64,000 bases of DNA from Candidatus Latescibacterota bacterium (GTDB taxonomy: Bacteria; Latescibacterota; UBA2968): NCBI GenBank assembly GCA_965207885.1, contig OZ242311.1:5472001-5536000 (forward strand), given 5' to 3'. The position numbers and the translations under genes are program-made. Below the pieces are notes generated by a model that saw only the letters and a program-made list of their open reading frames with translations, was not told where the DNA came from and ran no database searches. Positions 39,046-48,640 of the stretch are shown here, one piece after another. Within the stretch, counting starts at the first letter, position 1; each line of letters opens with the position of its first letter.

Positions 39046-40851
39046 CTACCGGTATTGAAACTCCGGCGATCCTATCAACATACTCACCACCTGCATATCT
39101 TTGCGCTGAGCATCTGCGGGAATCATCTCCTTGACCTCTGATGCAATAGCACTGGTATCTTGCGCTGGCAACAGCAACTTGCTATACATCGCCAATGCCT
39201 CTTCCGTCGTTGGCACGAGCGCGTTCTGCCTGGGCAACTGCTTCAGTACAACCCCCCCAATCCTGCCCATCGCCAGACGCACGCCAAAATTCCATCGCGC
39301 GATCAGCGTACCCGAATTTGCCCACGACTCGGCATAATCCGGAAAACCCGTGGGTGGCTCATAACCATACAGCGGCTCGCCCATGCGATAAAACCAGCCC
39401 ATCATCGGCTGTGGATTCTTCACATCGGCTTCCAATGCGCGAAGAGAACTCACCGCCAGCTCAAACGGAGACTTCATCTTGCTCCGCTTCTTCGCCTCTG
39501 CCCAAAACTCGCGGGATTGCGCCAACGTCGCCATCACAGCAGCGATATCCCCATCCGTCTTGCGAAATGTCTTTGCCATCCGCTTGACCAGCGCCTCGGG
39601 CGGATTGTCATTGATAAACCGACGCGCCAGCTTCGTAGAAATAAAATGCGCAGTTGAAGGGTGTTTGGTCAGCATATCCAGAACGCGCTCACCCTCTTCT
39701 ATGCCACCCCCTGCCGGGAACTTCTCACCCAGCACCACCTTGGCCTTTTTATCGTGCCAGGCATTGCGGAATAGAAATTCACCCTGGCGAACGAGATTCT
39801 TATTGCCATTGGCAATTGCCTTATCGGTATTCTTGCGGCCATTTCCATAAGGCATCGCAGTCCAACCCGTCAACACACGCGCAACCTCCGTAACATCACG
39901 CTGCGTGTATCCACCATCCACGCCCAGCGTGTGCAACTCCATCAACTCGCGGGCATAATTCTCATTCAAACCATACTTGCGTCTTGGAGGTGTCTTCGGC
40001 TTCGCAACAGGCTTCGGAGGAGCCTTTGCCATCTCACCACCCATCATCTCGCCACCCATCATACCACCATCCATACCGCCATCCATACCCATCTCACCCG
40101 ATGCCATCTCCTTCACAGGCTCAGGCTTTGGTTGATTCCTCGGCGGTGGCGTTGCCATACGCGACTGGGCATTATCCAGATAGTGCAACATCGCGGGATG
40201 CTTGGCTGTCGCACCCAAAATCACGCGGAACTTACCCAGCACATTGGGACGAATCGCATCGCGCTCATAGGTAAGCACGCGACTGCGCGCGCCCCCATCG
40301 CGCGTGGTCACATTGAAATGATTAAACCAGAAATCCGTCAGCACCTCGGCGAGTTGGTTCTCGCTATACACAGCCCGCATCACTTTCTGACTCCGAAGCT
40401 CCTGATTAAAAAGCGCGCCATAGGGACGCAACCCGTGCTCCTCGCGATACGCTTTCATCTTTTCCCGCATCTCTTTGAGAGGCGTCGTCGCCGGATCCAT
40501 TACCCCTTCTCTTTTCATCTGATTGCGAAGTTGACCATCTGGCATATAGATCTCGGCTATTTGTAACTGCGTCATTTTCAACGCTGGAAATGCTTCCAAT
40601 CGCTTGTCCAACTCAGCATCTGGCAAATTGCCAGCCAACTGTTGAGCCAGCCACTTCTCGAGACCCGTCTTTGCCACTTTTTCCACTTCACCAGGCCGAG
40701 GCCCAAAGGCAAAACGCTCCAGAAGATACGCTGCAGCCTGCTCCTTACTCAGCCCTTCTTTTTTATAGGGCAATTTCAAACCGGCATCCGCTGTAGCACC
40801 TGCAAGCAACGCACCACAGCACAAAACGATAAGTGAAAAACGAAATATCAT
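39046..40851 (-). CDS. DUF1800 family protein, copy C
   Basis: Signal peptide; FWFNHFNV, HPAMLHYLDN, NENYARELMELHTLG and SPEFQYR motifs. Confidence 0.9.
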   Translation of the reverse strand: MIFRFSLIVLCCGALLAGATADAGLKLPYKKEGLSKEQAAAYLLERFAFGPRPGEVEKVAKTGLEKWLAQQLAGNLPDAELDKRLEAFPALKMTQLQIAEIYMPDGQLRNQMKREGVMDPATTPLKEMREKMKAYREEHGLRPYGALFNQELRSQKVMRAVYSENQLAEVLTDFWFNHFNVTTRDGGARSRVLTYERDAIRPNVLGKFRVILGATAKHPAMLHYLDNAQSRMATPPPRNQPKPEPVKEMASGEMGMDGGMDGGMMGGEMMGGEMAKAPPKPVAKPKTPPRRKYGLNENYARELMELHTLGVDGGYTQRDVTEVARVLTGWTAMPYGNGRKNTDKAIANGNKNLVRQGEFLFRNAWHDKKAKVVLGEKFPAGGGIEEGERVLDMLTKHPSTAHFISTKLARRFINDNPPEALVKRMAKTFRKTDGDIAAVMATLAQSREFWAEAKKRSKMKSPFELAVSSLRALEADVKNPQPMMGWFYRMGEPLYGYEPPTGFPDYAESWANSGTLIARWNFGVRLAMGRIGGVVLKQLPRQNALVPTTEEALAMYSKLLLPAQDTSAIASEVKEMIPADAQRKDMQVVSMLIGSPEFQYR

Positions 40852-40874
40852 TGCAAACCTCCTTGAAAAGCATC

Positions 40875-40904
40875 CGCAGATGAACGCAGATGGACACAGA
40901 TAAA
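40875..40904. repeat. 10-bp tandem repeat, CRCAGATRRA x3
   Basis: cgcagatgaa cgcagatgga cacagataaa. Confidence 0.7.
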
Positions 40905-40945
40905 AGGCAACTATATGAAGCTATCATAAAAGTTAAAAAAACCCA

Positions 40946-40979
40946 TTCTGGACGCCTGCTTAGGGCATGCAGGCGTGAC
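40946..40979 (-). repeat. REP-like palindrome (GTCA...TCCAG type)
   Basis: Minus strand reads GTCACGCCTGCATGCCCTAAGCAGGCGTCCAG; same frame as the elements at 56011 and 59464. Confidence 0.65.
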
Positions 40980-41015
40980 AAGATTACTGACGCTGTGCCT
41001 TATTGCACATGGAGT

Positions 41016-42770
41016 TTATCGGTATTGAAATTCCGGTGATCCTATCAACATACTGATCACCTGAACCTCTTTGCGTTTGGCATCATCTGGAATCGTCTCT
41101 TTGACCTCTGAAGCAATAGCACTCGTATCCTGAGCCGGCAACAGCAACTTGCTATACCTCGCCAATGCCTCATCCGTCGTCAGACCATCGCTATCTTGAG
41201 ACAATCGCTTCAATGCAATCCCTCTAATTTTGCCCGTAGCCAGATGGACGCCGAAATTCATTCGCGCGATCAGCGTACCCGAATTTGCCCACGACTCGGC
41301 ATAATCCGGAAAACCCGTAGGCGGCAAATAACCATACAGCGGCTCGCCCATGCGGTCAAACCAGCCCATCACCGGCAACGGATTCCGTACATCCGCTTCC
41401 AATGCGCGAAGAGAACTCACCACCAGTTCAAATGGCGACTTCATCTTACTGCGCTTCTTCGCCTCTGCCCAAAACTCGCGAGACTGCGCCAGCGTAGCCA
41501 TCACAGCAACGATATCCCCATCCGTCTTGCGAAATGTCTTCGCCATCCGCTCGACCAGCGCCTCGGGAGGATTGTCATTGATAAACCGACGCGCCAGCTT
41601 CGTAGAAATAAAACGCGCAGTTGAAGGGTGTTTGGTCAGCATATCCAGAACGCGCTCGCCCTCTTCTATGCCACCACCTGCCGGGAACTGCTCACCCAAC
41701 ACCACCTTGGCTTTTTTGTCGTGCCAGTCTCTGCGGAACACAAATTCGCCCTCGCGAATGAGTCTTTTACTTCCCCTGGCGATTTGCTTCTCGAGATTTT
41801 TACGCGCATTGTTATAAGGCATCGCAGCCCAACCCGTCAACACGCGCGCAACCTCGGTAACATCCTGCTGCGTGTATCCACCATCCACTCCGAGGGTGTG
41901 CAACTCCATCAACTCGCGGGCATAATTCTCATTCAAACCGTACTTGCGCCTGCGTTGTGGAGGGGTCTGCACCTTCGCCATGGCCTCGCCGCCCATCATA
42001 CCGCCATCCATACCCATCTCACCCGATGCCACCTCCTGTTTGGGCCTGGGTTGATTCCGCTGTGATGGCGGCGCCATACGCGACTGTGCATTATCCAGAT
42101 AATACAACATCGCAGGATGCTTCGCCGTCGCACCCAAAATCACGCGAAACTTGCCCAGCACATTGGGACGAATCGCATCGCGCTCATAGGTAAGCACATG
42201 ACTGCGCGCCCCACCATCGCGCGTGGTCACATTAAAGTGATTGAACCAGAAATCCGTCATCACCTCAGTGAGCTGATTCTCGCTATACACAGCCCGCATC
42301 AGCTTCTGACCCTTCAATTCCTTATTGTAAAGCGCATTCTGAGCACGCAACCCGTGCTTCTTGCGATACGCGCTTATCTTTTGATTCATCTCTTTGCGAT
42401 CCATCTTTGCGGCATCAATCGCGCCCTGCCTCTCCAGTATTCTGCGAATTCGCCCATTCTGCACATAGATTGCCTGCATTTCAGCCTGCGTCATCTTCAA
42501 CGCGGGAAACGCTTCCAATCGTTTGTCCAGCTCGGCATCCGGCAAATTGCCAGCCAACTGCTGAGCCAGCCACTTCTCGGGACCCATCTTTGCCACTTTT
42601 TCCACTTCACCTGGCCGCGCACCAAAAGCAAAACGCTCCAGAAGATACGCTGCCGCTTGCTCCTTATTCAGCCCTTCTTTTTTATAGGGCAATTTCAACT
42701 TAGCATCCGCCGCAGCCCCAGAAAGTAAGGCACCACAGCACAAAACAATTAGCGCAAAGCGCAATATCAT
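41016..42770 (-). CDS. DUF1800 family protein, copy B
   Basis: Same motifs as copy C; start ATG 42770 with GGAGG SD. Confidence 0.9.
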   Translation of the reverse strand: MILRFALIVLCCGALLSGAAADAKLKLPYKKEGLNKEQAAAYLLERFAFGARPGEVEKVAKMGPEKWLAQQLAGNLPDAELDKRLEAFPALKMTQAEMQAIYVQNGRIRRILERQGAIDAAKMDRKEMNQKISAYRKKHGLRAQNALYNKELKGQKLMRAVYSENQLTEVMTDFWFNHFNVTTRDGGARSHVLTYERDAIRPNVLGKFRVILGATAKHPAMLYYLDNAQSRMAPPSQRNQPRPKQEVASGEMGMDGGMMGGEAMAKVQTPPQRRRKYGLNENYARELMELHTLGVDGGYTQQDVTEVARVLTGWAAMPYNNARKNLEKQIARGSKRLIREGEFVFRRDWHDKKAKVVLGEQFPAGGGIEEGERVLDMLTKHPSTARFISTKLARRFINDNPPEALVERMAKTFRKTDGDIVAVMATLAQSREFWAEAKKRSKMKSPFELVVSSLRALEADVRNPLPVMGWFDRMGEPLYGYLPPTGFPDYAESWANSGTLIARMNFGVHLATGKIRGIALKRLSQDSDGLTTDEALARYSKLLLPAQDTSAIASEVKETIPDDAKRKEVQVISMLIGSPEFQYR

Positions 42771-42783
42771 TGCAAACCTCCAT

Positions 42784-42822
42784 AAAAAAACTCGAGCGCC
42801 ATACTTCGACACTCGAGTTTTC
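42784..42822 (-). terminator. Terminator-like hairpin between DUF1501 and DUF1800-B
   Basis: AAAAAAACTCGAG...CTCGAGTTTT; similar to the hairpin at 38990. Confidence 0.6.
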
Positions 42823-42901
42823 TTTCCTGAAGCGGTGTAAACTGCACACGCGCAACACAACGTGTCAGTACAGCAGTTCAAATGAGTGGTCAATAATGAC
42901 T

Positions 42902-44167
42902 TTACGTCATCACCTTAAACCGCTCACCTTCCCAACCCGGGAACATCGCAATATCATGGGAACGATCGATATTCAGATGCTTACCAGCCACATCGGCAAA
43001 CACAGAACGGAAATCCGTCGTCACGGGCAAATCGCGCCGATCTTCGAGCGCATCTTTCACCAATAGCTCTGGCACATCCCCGTGGACCTTTCCACCAGCC
43101 ACGTTATTCCCCAGCACAAACAGACACGACCCGCGGCCGTGATCCGTACCCAGGGAACCATTCTGATGTACTGTGCGACCAAATTCCGTCATCGTCATCA
43201 GCACCACATCGTCCTGATACGTACCCAGATCCGTCCAGAATGCCGCGATAGCCTTGGACATCTCATCTGCTCTGCGCTGGAAAGAACCCGTCGTTGTGCC
43301 TTGTTGCACATGGGTATCCCAGCCGCCGGTCTCGGTAAAGGCAACCTCAAGCCCCACATCCGACTTGATCAGCAATGCGATCTGTTGCATCCTGCGACCC
43401 AATGCCGTACTGGGATATTCTGCGCCTTCAACGGGCTTGTAATCCCTCACACCGATCTTTTCCAATAACTCAATCGCATCAAAACTCTCCCGGCTCACCC
43501 TCTGAACCAGGCGTTTGGCACTCCGCGCATACATCGCCTCAAACCCTTCCTCCACCTGCTCGGCCCCCTGATCATTCGGCATCTGAATGCCAAAGGAACG
43601 CAGATCATCCACTGCAATCGAAGGCTCCTTCCCATAAAATGCGCGCGGCAATGCTCTGGTCAATGCCACAGACCGGAAGGGCGTACCCTCGTGCCCGAGC
43701 AGTCCAACAGCCCGATTGAGCCAACCCGTCCGCGTACCTTTCACACCAGGCGTCCCATTTTCCATATAATCCTGGGCGTCAAAGTGCGACCGCGTCTTAT
43801 TCGGCGAGCCTACGCCGTGTACAATAGCCAAACGGCCTTCTTTGTACAGCGGTGCCAACTCCGCAAAAGAGGGATGCAATGCAAAACGACCATCCAGATC
43901 CGTCAACTCGTTTTTTGGATCGGTCAGGTGCATAAACAAATTGGGGCGCGCCTCGACAAGCGCCGTATCGTTAAATGGCGTCACCGCCATCAACCCATCC
44001 ATAGCCCCGCGCTGGAAAATCGTCACCAGCACTTTGCGACGGCTGTGTGCCAGCGGATTATTCGCAGCATCAGCCGCGCGGCTCAAGAACAGCGGCGTAC
44101 CCCCAAACGAGGCCGAAAACAATGCCAAACCGCTGCCCTTCATAAATGCTCTTCGAGTCCATTCCAT
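42902..44167 (-). CDS. DUF1501 family protein with a twin-arginine signal
   Basis: TRRAFMK, FQRGAMDG, RSHFDAQ, GGWDTH, TEFGR and GTDHG motifs. Confidence 0.92.
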   Translation of the reverse strand: MEWTRRAFMKGSGLALFSASFGGTPLFLSRAADAANNPLAHSRRKVLVTIFQRGAMDGLMAVTPFNDTALVEARPNLFMHLTDPKNELTDLDGRFALHPSFAELAPLYKEGRLAIVHGVGSPNKTRSHFDAQDYMENGTPGVKGTRTGWLNRAVGLLGHEGTPFRSVALTRALPRAFYGKEPSIAVDDLRSFGIQMPNDQGAEQVEEGFEAMYARSAKRLVQRVSRESFDAIELLEKIGVRDYKPVEGAEYPSTALGRRMQQIALLIKSDVGLEVAFTETGGWDTHVQQGTTTGSFQRRADEMSKAIAAFWTDLGTYQDDVVLMTMTEFGRTVHQNGSLGTDHGRGSCLFVLGNNVAGGKVHGDVPELLVKDALEDRRDLPVTTDFRSVFADVAGKHLNIDRSHDIAMFPGWEGERFKVMT

Positions 44168-44188
44168 AACGCTATCTCCTTTCCGAGT

Positions 44189-45991
44189 TTATCGGTATTG
44201 AAATTCCGGCGACCCCAGCAACATACTGATCACCTGAACCTCTTTGCGTTCGGCATCATCTGGAATCGTCTGTTTAACCTCTGATGCAATAGCACTCGTA
44301 TCCTGTGCTGGCAACAGCAACTTGCTATACCTCGCCAATGCCTCTTCCGTCGTCAGACCAGCGCTCTCCTTGGGCAATTGCTTCAATTCAATCCCCCTAA
44401 TTCTACCCGTAGCCAGATGGATACCAAAATTCATTCGCGCGATCAGCGTACCTGAATTTGCCCACGACTCGGCATAATCCGGAAAACCCGTAGGCGGCAA
44501 ATAACCATACAGCGGCTCGCCCATGCGGTCAAACCAGCGCATCATCGGCTGTGGATTCTGCACATCGGCTTCCAGCGCGCGAAGAGAACTCACCACCACT
44601 TCTAACGGCGACTTCATCTTGCTGCGCGTCTTCGCCTCTGCCCAAAACACACGGGACTGCGCCAATGTAGCCATCACAGCAGCGATATCCCCATTGGTTT
44701 TGGTAAAGGTTTCTGCCATCTCATCAATCAGATCATCTGACGGTGCATCGTTTACAAACCGACGCGCCAACTTGGTCGAAATAAAACGCGCGGTTGAAGG
44801 GTGTGCGGTCAGCATATCCAGAACGCGCTCACCCTCTTCTATGCCACCACCTGCAGGGAACTTCTCACCCAACACCACCTTGGCCTTATCGTCGTGCCAG
44901 GATTTGCGGAACACAAATTCGCCATCGCGAATGTTATTCATATTGCCCCTGGCCATTGCCTTATCGATATTTTTTCGCCCATTGCCATAAGGCGCCGCAG
45001 CCCAACCCGTCAACACGCGCGCAACTTCCGTAACATCACGCTGTGTGTATCCACCATCCACGCCCAGGGTATGCAACTCCATCAACTCGCGCGCATAATT
45101 CTCATTCAAACCATACTTGCGCCTGCGTGGCGGAGGGGTCTGCGCCTTAGCGGGAGCCTTTGCAGGAGCTTTCGCCATCTCACCACCCATATCACCATCC
45201 ATACCACCATCCATACCACCATCCATACCCATCTCACCTGCTGCCACTTCCTTCTTTGGCTCAGGCTTTGCCTGCTGCCGCTGCTCTGGCGGTGCCATAC
45301 GCGACTGTGCATTATCCAGATAATACAACATCGCAGGATGCTTCGCTGTCGCACCCAAAATCACGCGGAACTTGCCCAGCACATTGGGACGAATCGCATC
45401 GCGCTCATAGGAAAGCGTGCGACTGCGCGCCCCACCATCACGCGTGGTCACATTGAAGTGATTGAACCAGAAATCCGTCATCACCTCAGTGAGCTGATTC
45501 TCGCTATACACCGCCCGCATCAGCTTCTGACCCTTCAATTCCTGATTGGAAAGCATACCATAAGGACGCAACCCGTGCTCCTTGCGATACGCGTTTATCT
45601 TTTCATTCATCTCTTTGCGGGGCGTCTTCGCGGGATCGATCAACCCCGCTTTCGCCACCATTCTGCGAATCCGACCATTTTGCACATAAACTGCGGCCAT
45701 CTCTTCCTGCGTCATCTTCAGAGCGGGAAACGCTTCCAATCGTTTGTCCAACTCAGCATCTGGCAAATTGCCCTTCAACTGCTGAGCCAGCCACTTCTCG
45801 GGACCCATCTTCGCCACTTTTTCCACTTCACCTGGGCGCGGACCAAAGGCAAACCGCTCTAAGAGATACGCTGCAGCCTGCTCTTTACTCAGCCCCTCTG
45901 CCTTGTAGGGCAGTTTCAATCCGGCCTCCGCTGGAGCTACCGCAAGCAACGCACCGCAGCACAAAACAGCGAGTGCAACACGCAATATCAT
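44189..45991 (-). CDS. DUF1800 family protein, copy A
   Basis: Same motifs as copies B and C; start ATG 45991. Confidence 0.9.
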   Translation of the reverse strand: MILRVALAVLCCGALLAVAPAEAGLKLPYKAEGLSKEQAAAYLLERFAFGPRPGEVEKVAKMGPEKWLAQQLKGNLPDAELDKRLEAFPALKMTQEEMAAVYVQNGRIRRMVAKAGLIDPAKTPRKEMNEKINAYRKEHGLRPYGMLSNQELKGQKLMRAVYSENQLTEVMTDFWFNHFNVTTRDGGARSRTLSYERDAIRPNVLGKFRVILGATAKHPAMLYYLDNAQSRMAPPEQRQQAKPEPKKEVAAGEMGMDGGMDGGMDGDMGGEMAKAPAKAPAKAQTPPPRRRKYGLNENYARELMELHTLGVDGGYTQRDVTEVARVLTGWAAAPYGNGRKNIDKAMARGNMNNIRDGEFVFRKSWHDDKAKVVLGEKFPAGGGIEEGERVLDMLTAHPSTARFISTKLARRFVNDAPSDDLIDEMAETFTKTNGDIAAVMATLAQSRVFWAEAKTRSKMKSPLEVVVSSLRALEADVQNPQPMMRWFDRMGEPLYGYLPPTGFPDYAESWANSGTLIARMNFGIHLATGRIRGIELKQLPKESAGLTTEEALARYSKLLLPAQDTSAIASEVKQTIPDDAERKEVQVISMLLGSPEFQYR

Positions 45992-46028
45992 CGCAACCCT
46001 CCTTGAAAAATTCCCCAAAGGGAATGGC

Positions 46029-46130
46029 ACTGTGAATATTTACATATTTACATATAAAATATATCACAGTGCCTAATGGATCAATAAAATTATACAATTT
46101 TATACAACAATTATACAATTTTATACAATT
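46029..46130 (-). promoter_or_regulatory. AT-rich promoter/operator region of the DUF1800 operon
   Basis: Four TTATACAA boxes about 10-11 bp apart; CACTGTGA...TCACAGTG inverted repeat; TATAAT on the minus strand. Confidence 0.55.
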
Positions 46131-46162
46131 CTCTCTTCTCAGAACAAAACGGGCTTCAACAA

Positions 46163-47500
46163 TTACCCTTGATCGAACAAATCTGCCGGAACGGGCTTAA
46201 CAACAATCGAGTCAACCCCAAATCCCTCCAGTTGCTGGGGATTCAGTGGGGCTTGTCTGTACTGCAGGATATAAGACGCACCGCCCTGTATCAGATTCAC
46301 AGTCAAAATATCGCCCTCTTTGCTGAAATCCACATCAGACGCCGTCACATAAGTCAGGCTCGTGCCATCTTGTGAACCACCTCGCAGTTCGCCATTGAGT
46401 ACGGGCAAGCCATTCTGAATCACATATCCCGCACGTCTGTTGAAGAATCGGGATTCATCGTCATGCGTGGAAAACCCAAGCGGCCTGGCAAACGTGATCT
46501 CCACCAGACCCTGTTCGATGATCACGCCATTTTCGATCAAAGGATCATGCACGCCATCGGCATGCTCATGGCCAGATGGTGCACGGTGGCGAGGGCTGCT
46601 ACGCTCCAGAACAGGGAACCACTGGATGTCCAGTGTAGCCGGAATACTCGGGAATGGCGCTTCGGCATCCATCCACGTGCCATTGAGGTGAGCATCAGCC
46701 AACGACCATGTGCCAGAATACGGCGGGTCATGGGGAGCCAGTTCTGCAACCACATCAGCAGGGGGTTCATAAATGCCATAGCGTATGCCATTACCGTCCT
46801 CCACGAACATCATCATGCGATGGGGGCGAGGATCTTCCCAGGGCCATGGACTCTGGAAACAGATGGCTGTTCGGTTGTTGCGATTTTGAAACGAGCGATT
46901 GTCTGGCCTCTGATTGTTTGGGATGTTAATGCGAACGCGCCCATTACCCAGCACCCTCACACGGCTATCCTCATCGGCTCCGGGCAGCAAGCGCAACAGC
47001 CTGTTAGGCTCGTTCAATGCATCAGACGCCTCATTCAGCGGAAACGGGCTCGTGTAGTTGTTGCGTATATCATTGGGGAATTCACCGGCCAGCGGCAACC
47101 TGGGACCGCTCTGCCAAATATAAAACGAACCGAATGATAGCCTGGAACGCTCTCGATGATTGCGAGCAAATTCAACGCGAAGTTGATCCCGCGTGGCCCG
47201 TGATGTACGCCAATAATGCCGCACGGTTTTTTCATACGTCACAGAAGCCATTGGCGGTGCTGCAAGCGGTGGATTGTACACAAATACCACCGTGCCATAA
47301 TCCGATGCCGCTGCTGTAAAAATGATATGCCGGGGCGTACCCTGAGGCGGATCGCCGACATCTATGGCACTACCCCCACTCGTCCCTGAAATCAGCCGAT
47401 AGCTGCCGCGCCACTCCTCGGCAGGCTCAGTCGGGATATCGCGAGTACATCCCGCTGTACCCAACACGCCAATGAGACAAAATAATAAAAATTTACGCAT
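46163..47500 (-). CDS. Hypothetical lipoprotein
   Basis: Lipobox TAGC; 445 aa; no family recognised. Confidence 0.7.
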   Translation of the reverse strand: MRKFLLFCLIGVLGTAGCTRDIPTEPAEEWRGSYRLISGTSGGSAIDVGDPPQGTPRHIIFTAAASDYGTVVFVYNPPLAAPPMASVTYEKTVRHYWRTSRATRDQLRVEFARNHRERSRLSFGSFYIWQSGPRLPLAGEFPNDIRNNYTSPFPLNEASDALNEPNRLLRLLPGADEDSRVRVLGNGRVRINIPNNQRPDNRSFQNRNNRTAICFQSPWPWEDPRPHRMMMFVEDGNGIRYGIYEPPADVVAELAPHDPPYSGTWSLADAHLNGTWMDAEAPFPSIPATLDIQWFPVLERSSPRHRAPSGHEHADGVHDPLIENGVIIEQGLVEITFARPLGFSTHDDESRFFNRRAGYVIQNGLPVLNGELRGGSQDGTSLTYVTASDVDFSKEGDILTVNLIQGGASYILQYRQAPLNPQQLEGFGVDSIVVKPVPADLFDQG

Positions 47501-47520
47501 TTTGTGATTCCTCCTGTCGG

Positions 47521-47606
47521 CGGGCGACCACGAAGGTCGCCCCTACAAGCGTCGGGACGGCACAGGGGCCGTCCCCTACAGGCGGGCACGGAGACACCGC
47601 CCCTAC
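47521..47606 (-). repeat. Three tandem GTAG-type REP palindromes
   Basis: Minus strand: GTAGGGGCGGTGTCTCCGTGCCCGCC, GTAGGGGACGGCCCCTGTGCCGTCCC, GTAGGGGCGACCTTCGTGGTCGCCCG. Confidence 0.85.
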
Positions 47607-48613
47607 TAGAACGTTCCCGAAAGCGTCAAACGCAACGGTCGCTCTCTAATTGCACCGCCGATATCGCTATACGAAACATCCACACTTATCTCGCGCTCTT
47701 CGCTCACATTGAGATTTATACCCGCCCCCACGCTCCAGGTCTCCACATCGTACCTGAACTTATAACCGGCGCGGAGTGCCAGCATATTTTGTATCCACAA
47801 CTCACCGCCAATGTGATCGCGCTCACCATAGTCGCGGAAAAACACATGCTCATAAGCAGTCGTCAGATAAAGCGGATCGCCCTGCTTGCCAAGCAATTCC
47901 ATTGCAATGGCCAGATTGTAGTAAAACGGCAGGCGATAATCCTCGGTCAGCACTTCTTTATTCCCACCCAGGTTGCTCATGGTCATGCCCACGCGCAGAC
48001 TCTTGAAACCCGTGTAAAAGAGCGTACCAACATCAAATGTCGTGGAACTCACATTGACAATGTGAATCTGAGACCGCACATAGCGCAGGCGGAAACCCAT
48101 CGAAAACTTATCGGTCAGTTGCTTGGCAAAAGACGCCGCAACGGAAAAATCGCCGAGCTTGATGTTCCGTCCCGTGCCATTGGGTTGCAAGGGCGTGGTC
48201 TCTTCTACATCGGGATAGTTAAACGAGCGAAAAGCGACACCCACAACGCCTATGGGAATGCGATAGGCAAAACCCGCAGCCCCCATCTTGGTGCCCACCA
48301 GCCACTCGTTATAAGAGGCCAGATATGCCATATTGTCGATATGCACCAGCCCGGCTGCATTCTGGAATATCGAGTGAATATCTCGCGACGTGCCCACATT
48401 GGCGTCGGCCATACCCGCCAGGCGCGCAGACGCCGAAATCTTCAAAAGCGCGAAGCCACTGCGCGCAATGCGGTTGCCCTTATCGCCTTCCGAGCGATAA
48501 TGCGGTTCTGTCAATACGGGCGGCAGATTCTGAAGGCTTGTCTCTTGTTGAGCCATGGCACTTTGAGGGCTGAGAAAAAGCGCGATAGCTGCTATCCAGA
48601 TCAAATGTTTCAT
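47606..48613 (-). CDS. PorV/PorQ-family outer-membrane beta-barrel (T9SS shuttle-like)
   Basis: Signal peptide; LLKISASARLAGM...FQNAAGL N-terminal motif; LALRAGY; terminal Phe; start ATG 48613. Confidence 0.8.
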   Translation of the reverse strand: MKHLIWIAAIALFLSPQSAMAQQETSLQNLPPVLTEPHYRSEGDKGNRIARSGFALLKISASARLAGMADANVGTSRDIHSIFQNAAGLVHIDNMAYLASYNEWLVGTKMGAAGFAYRIPIGVVGVAFRSFNYPDVEETTPLQPNGTGRNIKLGDFSVAASFAKQLTDKFSMGFRLRYVRSQIHIVNVSSTTFDVGTLFYTGFKSLRVGMTMSNLGGNKEVLTEDYRLPFYYNLAIAMELLGKQGDPLYLTTAYEHVFFRDYGERDHIGGELWIQNMLALRAGYKFRYDVETWSVGAGINLNVSEEREISVDVSYSDIGGAIRERPLRLTLSGTF

Positions 48614-48640
48614 AATTTGCTCCTCAATAATGACCAATGA

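Noticed and set aside
39046-45991. Diversity-generating retroelement acting on the DUF1800 copies
   Set aside because: There is no reverse transcriptase, all three copies are full-length ORFs, and the differences do not appear adenine-specific.
46088-46130. DnaA boxes or a replication origin
   Set aside because: The boxes deviate from TTATNCACA, the region is short and no replication genes are nearby.
47521-47606. CRISPR array (also considered for 27304-27364 and 63094-63255)
   Set aside because: There is no constant repeat with unique spacers and no cas genes; REP, tandem and coding repeats explain these regions.
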